Below are positions 1 through 12,302 of a stretch of 41,202 nucleotides of DNA, one piece after another (position 1 is the stretch's first letter; the number at the start of each line of letters is the position of its first letter). The stretch is from Tubiluchus corallicola. Taxonomy: Eukaryota; Animalia; Priapulida. Under the pieces are notes generated by a model, which was not told the origin of the DNA, searched no databases, and saw only the letters and a program-made list of their open reading frames with translations. The stretch lies in contig JAQGDQ010001438.1 of assembly GCA_030141605.1 (NCBI GenBank), positions 1-41,202 of the forward strand, in the 5' to 3' direction. The position numbers were made by a program, and so were the translations under genes.

Positions 1-765
1 GTTTGTTAAAAGACAAATCGTATACATAATTGTTTATATTGTTATTATTATTATGAGTTTATTTCGCATAAAAATATACAGTTTACAAAGATAAAGATGT
101 TAGTAAAACAGGTAATGCGATGTTAGTAAAGCAACATATCTACAGAAATTCAACTTTATAATATCCACTCATTTCAGCACTATTATAATTATATTACAGT
201 ATACAGTGTTGTAAGAAGCTGCAATCTACTTATGTATGTGTATGTAGTCTAATAAACACGTTTCAGTTTTGTGCAAATATGTAGTATAGTTGTTTATTCT
301 TGTTCTACAAAGTGAGTTATCTACAACTTCAAACATGACTTTCACAGATATCACCACATGTGCACTTTATAACTCTGCTCTTTCCCTTCCAGTGATGTTC
401 CGCAGAATCAGCAACTATAGTGAAACGTACTGAGTATACTTCCGACTGAGACTGTAAGCACGTAATTCCCATTTTCTCATTGAGCAACGTGAGACTTAAT
501 TTGAAAGAAATGCCCGCCTAACACACAGGCAGAGACAGAAATTTATAGAAATAGCAGGCTAGTGGTCATAAAGCGTCCACTGATGAACAATTTCAAAAAT
601 TGTTAATATCTGAGACAAAAATGCATAAATTTATAATTCAATTTCTTTCATTTATTTGGCATAAATTTAATAGCAACTTTGTGCAAACCTGGTGTAAATT
701 TATTTGTATTCTTACAATGAATTATCTTTCTTATCTCCATAATCTTAAAATTAAAATAACAAATT

Positions 766-1080
766 AATAAGCCTTTTCACGGTTCCAGCGATTGATGACG
801 ATTGTGAAAAGGTCAAAGGTTAAGTCTACCAGACAATGCATATGTGTGCACTTGACAACACCTCGCAGCCCATGCTATTGTAATAGTAACAGTTTTAACA
901 GCTAGCTAGAACCTTACCTAGTTCATTTTTCCTTGCTCCCAAGCAAGATCCTGCTAGTAAATCACTCTACGCTCAGACTAATGCATAATTAAGTAAAGTC
1001 CACGTAAAACAAGCGAAGTTACTGAACTGGCGATGCATAATTAAGTAAATCTATGTAAAACAACTAAAGTTATTGAACTG
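766..1080 (+). repeat. Dispersed MITE-like repeat, copy 1
   Basis: About 250 bp closely match 26705-26990 (GTGAAAAGGTCAAAGGTTAAGTCTACCAGACAA...CCCAAGCAAGATCCTGC...ATGCATAATTAAGTAAAGTCCAC). The copy starts AATAAGCCTTTT. Confidence 0.75.
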
Positions 1081-1482
1081 ATATATATAATGCTTAATGT
1101 TACATAGGTGAAAACAAGTACATAATTCAATTTTATTATTTTTGATTACTGATCATCGGCACTGCATGCAAAAAATTTATAGACAGAACTGAGTTCAGGT
1201 GGCTGATTCGATAACGTATGTTCTTCGCCACCCTTTCCCATTTGGTTGGCTATATATGTTACTAAACTTTAACTAATGTTATCTGTTGGGAAAAACAATA
1301 AATGATTTGATTTCATATGGCAGACAACTTTGCTTTACCCACGTGTCACTACGCGTACGTACAACAAAACCGTGAAAACACTCATTAGAAAAGACTGCTA
1401 AGTAAACTGCATGTTAGATACTGCCCAGTAACCACACAAGTATCAGTTTTTTAAGCAAGAACATTACAAATGAAAAAAATGA

Positions 1483-2135
1483 CCGTATATATACTTATGT
1501 ACAAGTCGAATTTTTGGGAGGCGATTTTAAGGTGAAATTTTTGGGGTCGACTTATACTTACGATACATTTTTGGGAGATGTCGCTAAAGAGTCGTCTACA
1601 ATACGAATATGTAAAGAAATAATCCTTCCGTATACGCTGGACTGAATGAACACTCAGACTGTGACACTTCACACCTGAGAATTTTCGCATCTTGCCATTA
1701 CTTCACAAAATTAACAAATATTACTGTAATTTATTTTAATGTATATGAAATTAAGTTAAAATTTATATATTACGGGTAAAAAACTAGCGATGGAGCACTG
1801 GATCAGAACATGGAAATCACCAATGTTGTGCAGGTGCTGCCACCTGTCGGCCCCTGCAGGAAGTTTTACACTGGCCTTGTATATGCGTGTTTTACTGGCA
1901 AAATATCGATTACCAGCATACACGCGTATATAAAACACAACTACGTAGAGGTATTAATTTTAGTAAATTATTTTTTTCTTCAAATGGGAAGGTGATGCTG
2001 ACATCATTTACTCTGGAAGATCTTAATATTTTACGGTCGACTTGTACACAGGTAATATATAAAATGATGCAATTTTTGGTCTCAAAATGTACATCCACTT
2101 GTACATAAGGTCGACTTGTACACGCGTATATACGG
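1483..2135. mobile_element. Non-autonomous Tc1/mariner-superfamily (Tc2/pogo-like) element in a GPR143 intron
   Basis: Left end is CCGTATAT...CTTATGTACAAGTCGA (partly deleted). Right end is TCGACTTGTACACGCGTATATACGG followed by TA. GTCGACTT(G/A)TAC subterminal motifs are repeated. Confidence 0.7.
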
Positions 2136-2163
2136 TATATAAATTTAAATTTATCATACATAC

Positions 2164-5100
2164 TGATACGATAGCGCAGAAATAGTTGGTACTTATGTAC
2201 TCTAAGTTCACCATGATGTAACTTTCTGACGGCTCATCACAACTTCGCTGAGCTGGATAAATGGTAGCCATGCTAGTCTTGCCGGACAACAGAGCCAGCC
2301 ATACCACGGAACGTATCAAAATTCCTGAAAATACGGCAAAATAAACGAGATGTTATTGTTTCTTCCCGCTTATGCAAAGCTGTCATCATAACGGATAAGG
2401 CAGGGAAATCTTTAGCTGCAGAATTCCAGAGACTGCTGGAAGCGTTTCTGAGAACCTCATGGAGAAAGCGGAAATTAAGAAGGGAATAACTGAGCTCTTT
2501 CGGCCTTTCCAGGAACAACTAATGACCGATTCACTGAGTCTCCTAAGGACATGTAACATGTCAATGGGTGCTAAGTAAAGTCAAATACAGACAAGTGAAC
2601 ATCTCTATGGGTGCTAAGTAAAGACAGATACAGACAAGTGAACATCTCTATGGGTGCTAAGTAAAGCCAAATACAGACAAGTGAACATCTCTATGGATGC
2701 TAAGTAAAGACAAATACAGACAAACGACATCTCTATGGGTGCTAAGTAAAGACAAATACAGACAAGTGAACATATGGGTGCTAAGTAAAGACAAATACAG
2801 ACAAGTGAACATCTCTATGGGTGCTAAATAAAGACAAATACAGACAAGTGAACATCTCTATAGGTGCTAGCTAAGGAAAACTTCCTTTGCATAAATTTAC
2901 ACAAAAATCAGTGCATTTGTTTATAATAAAACACAATGCAACACATCTCTATTTTAGAGTAAACAGTAAACAACCAAGTTTGCAAGGTAAACAAAAAAGT
3001 AGCGAGTATAAACAAAATGATCGGTACTAAATAATGTTGTTTCAGGGGTGAAGGAAATACTGTGTAAGCATTCCACTTAGCTGCTAACTATAATTTCGTA
3101 AATTCCTCCAAATTAGTTTTTGAGAAACAGTTATAGCACAGTTTGAAGTTTGTGACTTGGTGCTTCATGCAAAGAGATAAATCACTTAGCATATTAGGTG
3201 CACTTTACATTATCACTTATAAGAACCAACCAACCCTCGAACAACATTTATTGCATTTTAATATATAATTAAAAATATTGAAATCACAATACAGAATATG
3301 CGCATAAAATGCTTTGCTTAAAATATAAAAGAAATTTAAATATTTCTTATCTCCCGCCAAACGAATGTCGCTGCCGGTTTATTTGAAAAAAATGACGTAA
3401 GCTGGTGTATGCTGGGCAGCGTGAATGCTGTGAAGGCAAGCTGTGATGAAGCTACGTGTTGAGAAATTTCTACAGTTTGCTTAGAAGTTCCGTTATTCTA
3501 GCATTGTATTTAACTGTGTTTATGTAAAAATTAGTCATTTAATCAATTATGACCAAGATTAAAATGGTTGGATAGCTTTAACCCACAGAATTATACCGTA
3601 AAATGTGTAAGTAGTATACATTAATTGCGTAAATGTAATTAATTTACAGACTTTTGTTGACTTTCAGATACACATGTAAATTTGCGAGCATACAGTAGGT
3701 ACCGGGTGGGTTACTTAGTTTATAGAGTTCACTCTATAAGTCAAAAAAAGATCACTTGGCAGAATAACTGTTTATATTGCACGGTAACAAGATGACACCA
3801 TTTTTCATCTAAAATTAGTGTACTCAAGCGTAAAGTAATCACGACTTTAAATTGATTTTACTAATTACACGAGATGCTTATCACAATTTTATTGCTGAAA
3901 CTTTCTAACATTTTTCTCAAACGTTAAAATAAGCTGAACTTCCTGAGAGACTTGGCTTTTGCTTTAAACTTAGAAAAATAGACATTTGCAAAAAACATCT
4001 ATAAAGTGTAAAGTTACTTTATGCTACTGCTGTAAAGAAATTCCAGTTGAGGTGGTAGCTGCCATTCACATAAAAATTATCACATAACCGTGACTTTTCG
4101 TAAGTGTGCACTGCTTAAACTTTCAAAGTTTACCTAATGCTTATGCAAAAAAATTGCTTCAGATCTAAATTTTTGTACAAACTTACTCTACTTTTGATAG
4201 AAATTGACCGCGTTGTGATTTTTTCGGCCGATGAACAATGTCATTGAAGAAATAATGGGGGTTCAAAACGGGAACGTCTAAACATGAAATAAACGCGACT
4301 TCGCAGTGATTTTACTGATTACATGAGACACTTATCACACTTTTATTACCAAATCCTTCTAACACCCTCCTAACTTCGGACATTGACATAAACCCAACTT
4401 TCCAGAAGGTTTGGTCTTTTCCTTCAATAACAGTCTTACCAAACGAAGCCAGAAGATCAGCAAGGGCCAAGCAGTGAACGATTCTTAGATCATTCGTCTG
4501 CGATCCGGCCTCCTTCCTCGCGCGAGCAATCTCAGATTCATAGCGTGGCCATATCTGTAACATAACAACATGAAATGTAACGCAAGACAACATCACCCAT
4601 TCTTCCGGAGAAAGAACGTAACTGGCAATGACAAGGCAAACGAACCCACCCAGTTTTCTAGCAGCCACCTATCCATTTACTCACCAGATCTAATTTTTTT
4701 GCAGTTGTAGCTGAAGTGTGCACGTGATGCATTGTAAAAAAATGAATGATCTGCACTGCACTGTACCGTAGAAAGAATGTAACTGGCAATGACATGGCAA
4801 ATGAATCCACCCAGAACCAGTTTACCAGGGGCCACCTATCCATTTACTCACCAGATCCAATTTAATACAGCTGTAGCTGAAGCGTGCATGTGATGCATTC
4901 CGCAAGTGTAATAAATGGCGCCTAATGTAGTTACAACTTTTAGAAGTAACTTGTAACTGTAACTAGTTCCTTTTGTGTTATAACTTATAATGGAAATATT
5001 TAATAGTTACTTCTATCATTACATTTGTCCATCTGCAATCAAACCAAAGTGATGTAAACGTAAGTAGTTTGTATTGTGTGAGTCAGCAGTGTAACTTCAT

Positions 5101-5696
5101 TATAACATAAATTTTGGCATTCTCAGCATAAATTACTTTTTTAAAGAAATTGCAACCATAACTAGTTAGCTTTCTTGGGGTGAAGAAGGAACTGTAACTG
5201 TGTGGATAGTTACTTTTTGACAGTTTTTTTGTCGGAAAACAGCATTTGCCTAATGTTATCTTTGCAATATATCGATAATAAATAAAATTTTTACTACTAC
5301 CACTACTAATGTCACTTCTAACATAAAGAGTGACTTTTTCTCAAATATAATAGTAACTGTAAAAGTTACAATCCTATTGCAGTAACTGTATGTCCTTTCC
5401 CTACATTAGTTAAGGAACCATCCCAACACTGAAATGGACATCATTTGCGTAAAATGAAACTTCTAACTTTGATCGAATGCCAGGCCTACTTATATAGTTA
5501 TGAGTTACAAATACACGCATGCTAATTAAACTGCAGTGATTATATTTACCTGAAATAAAGAACCAGCAATGCTCAGCGACGAGGAAGCAATACAGACAAT
5601 CTGATACCAATCCTTCACCTGTCCTGGGTTGTGGATTGGAGAAATAAAACTGGTGTTATACTGGCAACAGAAAGATTCCAATAATGGTGACGTCAT
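2164..5696 (-). CDS. GPR143: GPR143/OA1 (ocular albinism type 1)-like GPCR, 5' part: exons 5696-5550, 4554-4440, 2324-2164; later exons not found in the window
   Basis: Spliced translation: MTSPLLESFCCQYNTSFISPIHNPGQVKDWYQIVCIASSSLSIAGSLFQ / IWPRYESEIARARKEAGSQTNDLRIVHCLALADLLASFG / ILIRSVVWLALLSG...TNYFCAIVS. This matches recalled human GPR143 motifs MASPRLGTFCC, DLLGCLGMVIRSTVWL and AFCVGSA. Donors are GTAAAT, GTAAGA and GTATGT; acceptors are TTACAG and TTTCAG; phases 0, 1, 0 are consistent. Confidence 0.9.
2564..2869. repeat. 43-bp minisatellite, about 7 copies
   Basis: Unit ATGGGTGCTAAGTAAAGACAAATACAGACAAGTGAACATCTCT repeated head to tail with no spacers. Confidence 0.95.
4609..4899. repeat. 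Diverged tandem duplication, about 160-bp period
   Basis: AGAAAGAAYGTAACTGGCAATGACA...GCCACCTATCCATTTACTCACCAGATC...GTGATGCATT occurs at about 4609 and 4769. Confidence 0.85.
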
Positions 5697-7536
5697 AATC
5701 ACAGGCTAGTAAATAAAGTGAAAACAGTTGTTAACAGAATGCCTACCAAACACGTCGTACATACATCAACGAAGGACATCAAAAGTCACAAGACGTTTTG
5801 GAAAAGAAATGGACTAATAATCGTCGAAAGTGCCATGTATGACAATATCATAATATTATTATAGTGCCGCCACAACAGAATTTGTTTAGAACCATCAACG
5901 TACAGAGAATTTGTCGCACACTCAAAGATGTTTATGAACTGCCGCTTTTATAGTTTAAAATTTTAATGCTGAATTTAATCCTACAACCGCATACGTCGGC
6001 TTCTTGCTTAGAAGTTGGGTTTCCACAACTTTCGTTCTCAATTCATCATGTGCTGAACAACATGACTCACAAGCAAATATTATTATACATCGCCCACGGG
6101 CGTATAATTGGACACATTATTATCATTTTAGTTTTAGATTTAATTCAATCACTCAAAGAAACTGTACAACTCTTTATTTAAAAGGTTTCGTGTTTTTAAA
6201 TAGGCAGGAAGTTGGCAGTACGGAATATCAAAACCTAAGTCCCGGGCGAAAAACTTCGTTCTTTCTCTACGCCCCATAGGAAGTGTGAGTAATGTAGACT
6301 GGGTAATGTGAGTGACCCAGACTCTCAAGAATTGAAATTCGATGCAAAGTTTTTTTAAGTTCAACTTCGATTTGGATGTAAAATTAATAGATTCGAATAA
6401 TTTTGGACTTCAATTACATATTTTGCACATTATGCTCTTTATTATTAAAACGTTTGAAACGTCATGGAATCAGCACAGTTTAGATGAGATTTCTGTGCAC
6501 AATTTTAAAACAAATTAATATTATTTCCACTATATACATATACATATATATATATATAACGTATCATATTATATTGTATTATATATTATATTATATATAT
6601 ATATTGTTATGTATATTATATATAATAATAATATACATTATTATTATTATTATTATTATTAATAATAATAATATGCATAACAAAATTAAGTAATATGAAT
6701 GATCTTTGTGAAACTGCTTTTCATTAGTGATCTACAAAAACTTTAAAACGGAATTTGATTTCGAGATCTCGAATCGACTTGATTTGAGTTCGAAAGTCAC
6801 AATTTAATTCGATTCGAATTTGCTTTCTGATAGAGAATATTCACCCCTAATCAGCACCAGCAGCATTTACACTGACCTATTGTTTTAGAATATAATTTGT
6901 TCATAACACTGAGAAAACAATAACTATGTCTGGTTGAGAGAAGTACACAGAGATACATTCTAAAGACAAACATTCTAAAGTCAAGCTTGTCGGATGATCG
7001 TGAGTTCTTCAAGTCACTGCTCTAATCATACCTCTAGATTGCAGGCTACCTCGAGATATCCGAGCTTTACATGAAAAATTTTTTTGAAGTAATGCGATAC
7101 TCAGTTGATACAGAGTGCTATAATAACTTATGACATAATAGATTATAGTGGTCTCATTTTGAAAATCGCTCATTTATACGTTTTGGGAATAAACTGTTTG
7201 TTTACATAAAATACATCGGTATTACTGGGTGCTTAGCTAAATAACACGTGTGTTTCAGAAGGTTCTAGCACTATCATTTACTGTGTCCTTGGGCAAAAGC
7301 GCATTATTGTAATTATATGATTTTTGTAAAGGTGTAAATATTGTAAAAAATTGTTATTTGAATTCTGCTGTAATTCTGCTTCAATAAGAGTGACGTAAAA
7401 GTGTTGGGATGCTTTGTGTGATGTGACATGCGCTTTGTTGGGTATGTTGTATTGTTGTTTGTCAATAACTGTTTGTTAAAAAATTAATGGCATGCCAGTT
7501 AATTCCATGTTATACTAATTATTTCAAATTCTCTTA

Positions 7537-7884
7537 CAGTCAACCCTCGTTAAACCGGACTAATTGGGGGCGGGGGGGGGGGGTCCGTTTTACCCGATTG
7601 TCCGATTTATCCGATATGCCTATATATGGTCTATATTTTACAGAAATAATCACCTTAATAACGCCTATATACATTGCACTATATACTGTGCACTATATAC
7701 TATACTGTATATTACTTTAAAACAGTTAACCTGAGAGGATAAAGAAATTATTGTACAGTTGGTAGGCTGTGTTGTGTTTAGCGCTCGTGCTCGGACGGAA
7801 ATCGGTCAGTTTCCTTTACCACGGATGACGTCCGTCTTATCCGATATCCGGGCTAACGGGGTCCGGTTTAACGAGGGTCGACTG
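7537..7884. mobile_element. Tigger/pogo-like MITE
   Basis: TIRs CAGTCAACCCTCGTTAAACCGGAC / GTCCGGTTTAACGAGGGTCGACTG, with TA on both sides. Confidence 0.9.
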
Positions 7885-9170
7885 TATTTGAAAATATTAG
7901 AAACCTATTCTATTTGTCCGGAAATTGATCGTTAAACTTTAATAAAAATACGGTTTTTTCAGTTCAAAATGAACTAACGTATTGAGCAGAAATAGGGAAC
8001 AGTGTATTATACAGTCCTATTCATAGGCACCAGGTCAGCCAATCTACAGATAATGTTATGACCTCCACTTTGAACTAGGAAGCCCATAACATTGCCTGCG
8101 ATTGGTTGAGCAGTGGTTTCCTGTGGAAAGAACGAACACGTGACATCGTCAGTTGTCTTCTGGTTGTCGTGAAATGCACTTCTCCTGTCTGCCTGTCGAG
8201 TGTCGTGGATTCCGTAAGGTTTGAAGCATTGTCACCAGGTTTTGTTTTTTTTCTATTGTGTTGTTCTTCTCAGCCGTCCCTTTTGAATTCTATGTTTTGG
8301 TTTTGTTGTTTCTTTTTTTTTAATTTCTGGAGTGTCCGTTATGCAGCGCTTACCCGCATCACCGATGGCGGGCCGAAGGCTATCTACCGGTTCGAACCCC
8401 GGAACAGTATTTTATCTTAGAAAACGTCCATAATGTTTGTAATGTTATTCGTTGTTTCTGTACGCCCCTAGCAAAAGGTTACCTACCGTCCTATATCGGT
8501 GAGGAATTAACAGCGATGTTATGACGTTATGTTTTACAACCCTACAAAACATTTGTTGTACACAGCTGATGCCCGGAGCAATGTGAACTGTAGGCTCACT
8601 ATCAGTGTCACTTAGCCGAGCACGTTATATAGATCTGGGCATGATGTAAATGCAACGCCATTATTAATTATTATTATTAAAAATCTTTATTGGAAATTAT
8701 ACAAGAAGCCCTCTATTTGCAGGGCACAAAAGTACAAAAATATTAAATAAGTCTATACACTATGTACATTAAATAAATTTCTTACTAAACAAGCTGACAA
8801 TTTTGCATTATGATTTACTTATTCTAAATATATATCCAATATTTATAATCAATGTATAATCACTTTACTATAAGATCATTTTGGGCCACCAACGGTAAAA
8901 AAGGTCAATTCGGTAAGCGGTTTTTAACCCGTTTTTTGTAATTAAGGCATTAATGACACATAATTTAGATCTTAATTCAAAAACAGCAATTGCTGTTTGA
9001 TCAGTGTATTAAGTAGTTTTCATCCACTAACTTTCATACTTTACCTATACTTTACTCGGTCCATTGAAACTGTTTTACCGTGAGGAATCACTGAGCAACG
9101 CCATTCAGTTGTAATTTAGTAAAACGTTTCAGTTGTTTTGAGATAAAATAGCGCTTTGAAAAACTTGCAG

Positions 9171-9494
9171 TGTTTTTAATAAATTAATCAATATCATAAT
9201 AATTTAAAATACGAGAGAGACCTCCCGAGACTGGTCATCATTAACAGAGAAAAACGTAACGCACTTTATAGTCTCAAAGATTATTTATTCAGAAGGTTTT
9301 GCTCTAGTGGGCCTCAAAGCTAAATAGAAAGTGCTGGTAGCCAGAGAGTGTTCAGCTGATCTATTCATCTGACGAGGACCGCCCGGGCGAAAGCTTCTGA
9401 ATGAATATTAAAATCTTTGAGAATATAAAGGGCATTACGTTAAAACTCTCTTGTTTTCAAATTATTATTACGTTGGTTAATTTATTAAAAACAC
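9171..9494. repeat. Imperfect inverted repeat with a Penelope-type minimal hammerhead-like motif
   Basis: Arms run TGTTTTTAATAAATTAA...TTAATTTATTAAAAACA with internal complementarity (CTTTATAGTCTCAAAGATT / AATCTTTGAGAATATAAAG). CTGACGA-G-GACC-GCCC-GGGC-GAAA-GCTT lies at 9369-9396. Confidence 0.65.
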
Positions 9495-9850
9495 AGTAAT
9501 TTTTTAAGTATTTCTATATATTTCTAAGTACGAAATATGGAAGATAAATGAGATAAGTAACGTAAATTTTGAATACGATTTGAGTACCTATAGGCCTACA
9601 TACAATTCGACTTACTACAAAAATATTTACAAATTTCAATTTCATACAACGTTGATTTTTGTACGATATGCACAAGTCTCGTTTTTCCGCAGCTATGCCT
9701 ACAGGAAAATTCAGAAAAGAAATTTGTTCTGTGAAATGTTTCGCAGGGGGTTTTGTCACTAGAATTTTATTTTATGAAGCTAAGAAGAGCCGTAAACTAA
9801 TTCACAGTACGAGTACAACGTGATCAAATCTAGCTCGTGTTAAGCCATAA

Positions 9851-10122
9851 ATGCACAAGAAAACCCCTCATGAACATCAAGCTTGAAAAATTCGTTTTGA
9901 AATTTTATATCGCTTATTGCATGTAGGAGCTCAATCGGCAGCCACGCTGTATAAAACGTGTAAATTTAAACTCCCGCGATGACCGTTAGACGCAGCCGTT
10001 TTCACGACAGGTCATTTGAAACAAGTTTAGATAACATTTTGTAAAGTTTGAAAAATAGTCAGAGCATGCGTAGTGCACAAGTCACTAACTAAATAAAATT
10101 TAAAATAACTGTATCTTGTCCT
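9851..10122 (-). mobile_element. Short derivative of the Kolobok-like MITE
   Basis: Closely matches 13091-13373, then ends CTTGTCCT+TTAA. Confidence 0.8.
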
Positions 10123-10384
10123 TTAACATTTACATTCGCAACACCTCTGACATTGATGAATTGCTAATTGCTAACCCCGGAATACTGCGCTTGTAACCTA
10201 CTTTTGTCTGTAGATTCAACTTTTAAGACAATCATTAAGGTCAACGACTTCTATATATTCTTGACAACATTTTTAGATAGGCACTTTTGTCGCGTGAAGC
10301 TTGTTTGACAGTGTGCGTCTTGTGTGACTATTATTGTTATTAAAATATTCGTTGCTTTTGATATTTCTCTTGTAATATACAGTC

Positions 10385-12271
10385 ATGCTGCTGATCTTTG
10401 GAAGAGAATGGCAGAGTCTACTTGTCATTATGGTAAGTGTAAGAGTTTACTGGAAAAAATGGAACGTAGCAAAAATAGATATTTTTCAAACAAACCGCGC
10501 CATAAGTTGGGTATCTTGTCATCTCTGAGAACATTTCATTACTGTATGTTCTTTGTGCCTTAAAGGACAAGAAAAGGGGCACCTGAAGTAGGTTTCAGAA
10601 AAATCGCCTTAAAAAATTATACTGCTTTATAGCAATTTCTCGCGTATATCGTATTCGCGTTGAAAGGACTTTTTGTTTGTTTTCATTTTAAATCTCCCGC
10701 AAAACTGTTTCGACGTCGCCATTATATGACGTCACTTACGCACAACGTAAATCAGAGGAAGAAAAAAAAAGTTAAATTATGTCCCAAAAAACTTTCCATG
10801 CAAAGTTATATTACTCAGGATTTCCGTTACCTGCTTGAAAGACTTATGTAACTAGAAAAGGAAATTATGTTAGTTAAAGTGTTTTCACCAATTGGTAAAA
10901 TGTCGCTGACTCACCCTCCAGGGTGCACCACTCACTAACCCAAAAAATGCATTTTAATATTACTGACAAGATACAGTAATTTAAAATTTTACTTAGTTGG
11001 TGACGTATCCGCTAGCAATGCTGTAATTATTTTTTCAAACTTTACACAATGTTATCTAAACTTGTTTCAAATGACTTATCGTCAAAATGGCTGCGTCTAG
11101 TGGTAATCGTGGGAGTTTAAATTTCCATGTTTTGTACAGTATTACTGCCGACAAAACCCCTGTATGCAAAAAACCCAATACGTAAATATTAAGACGAATT
11201 TTTTAAGCTTTATGTAGGTAGAGGGTTTTCTTACGTTTTAAAGGAAGACATGATGGTATTTCACAAAATAATGTAATAGGAATGCGTCGATCGCTAAAGT
11301 AGCAAGTTTACTTCTTCAATAATTTTGACTTCGTGTTTCGAAATTAGTGTAAAAAATATCAGATTTGGTTTACAAACTTTAGTTTTGCTTCGTTAATTAT
11401 ACGAGTATAGTATTGTTTACCAGGCAGACACAAAATATAATTAAAACACTCAATTCACATTTACAATAAACAAAAAATAGCAAAAAACTCCGTCCATCTC
11501 TGGAAATCACAGTCATTCGATATTAGACGTATTAAATCATTTATCCGCATTCAGAACCAAAATAAAAGTATTAATGGTGTCAAGATTTGATTATCCTACT
11601 TACCAACATGAGAACTCACACTAATGCAGAATTCATTTACCCCAGGTCATATTAAACGTCTTAATTTTCCTAATAGTCAGTTTGTAAACATGTAAAGTTT
11701 AAGTTTAAAGTTATATTCTATTACAACATTTGCACCTGCAGTTTATGTTTTGCACTGACACATTTGCCTCCAATAGTGTAAGTTTTTTAATTTTTACTTA
11801 ACGAATATCTTAATATTTTGTTATGATTCTCAATATTATTATGGCAAATAAGGATGCTACTTACTTACTACCTACATCAATTTTATACGTATTAATGTGT
11901 TTAATATAAAAGTAATCTCATACACACAGGAAAGCTTATTGGAGTTTTCCTTTGGTGATTGGAGCAGTTCACATTTCCGGGTCAAACATGAATATTGTTG
12001 CGTGAAAAATACCAGAAATGGTGCATTGTGGACTATGCCATATATTATGCCACATTTTCAATGTCAAATTCAAAGCCATGTTTGATGGAAGCCTAGTGTA
12101 TGCCGATATAGGCCTATAGGCGAAACTATATTTCAGAAGGAATCTAATAAGAATACGCCAGAAGTAATTATAATTTTTATACGCTGTTTGCAGGTTGTGA
12201 TATTACAATTTGAAAAATGCGTGTATGCAGTAATTCCACTCAAACCTCATGAAGGTAAGTGAATGTGTATA

Positions 12272-12302
<31 letters not shown>

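Noticed and set aside
300-470. Possible next GPR143 exon on the - strand
   Set aside because: No frame resembles the expected TM3 sequence (WIQ..Y...F.W...YAVD), and every frame stops quickly.
2564-2869. CRISPR-like appearance of the 43-bp repeat (also the 34-, 50- and 44-bp arrays)
   Set aside because: Units are contiguous with no unique spacers, there are no cas genes, and the context is eukaryotic.
4312-4668. 118-aa ORF as a standalone gene (likewise 2023-2319, 28348-28653, 38156-38392, 39250-39588, 33855-34409)
   Set aside because: Each is an exon plus read-through into intron sequence and is explained by the spliced models.
8360-8405. tRNA gene suggested by the B-box GGTTCGAACCC (also GTTCGATTCC near 34740)
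   Set aside because: No cloverleaf can be folded. At most these are SINE remnants.
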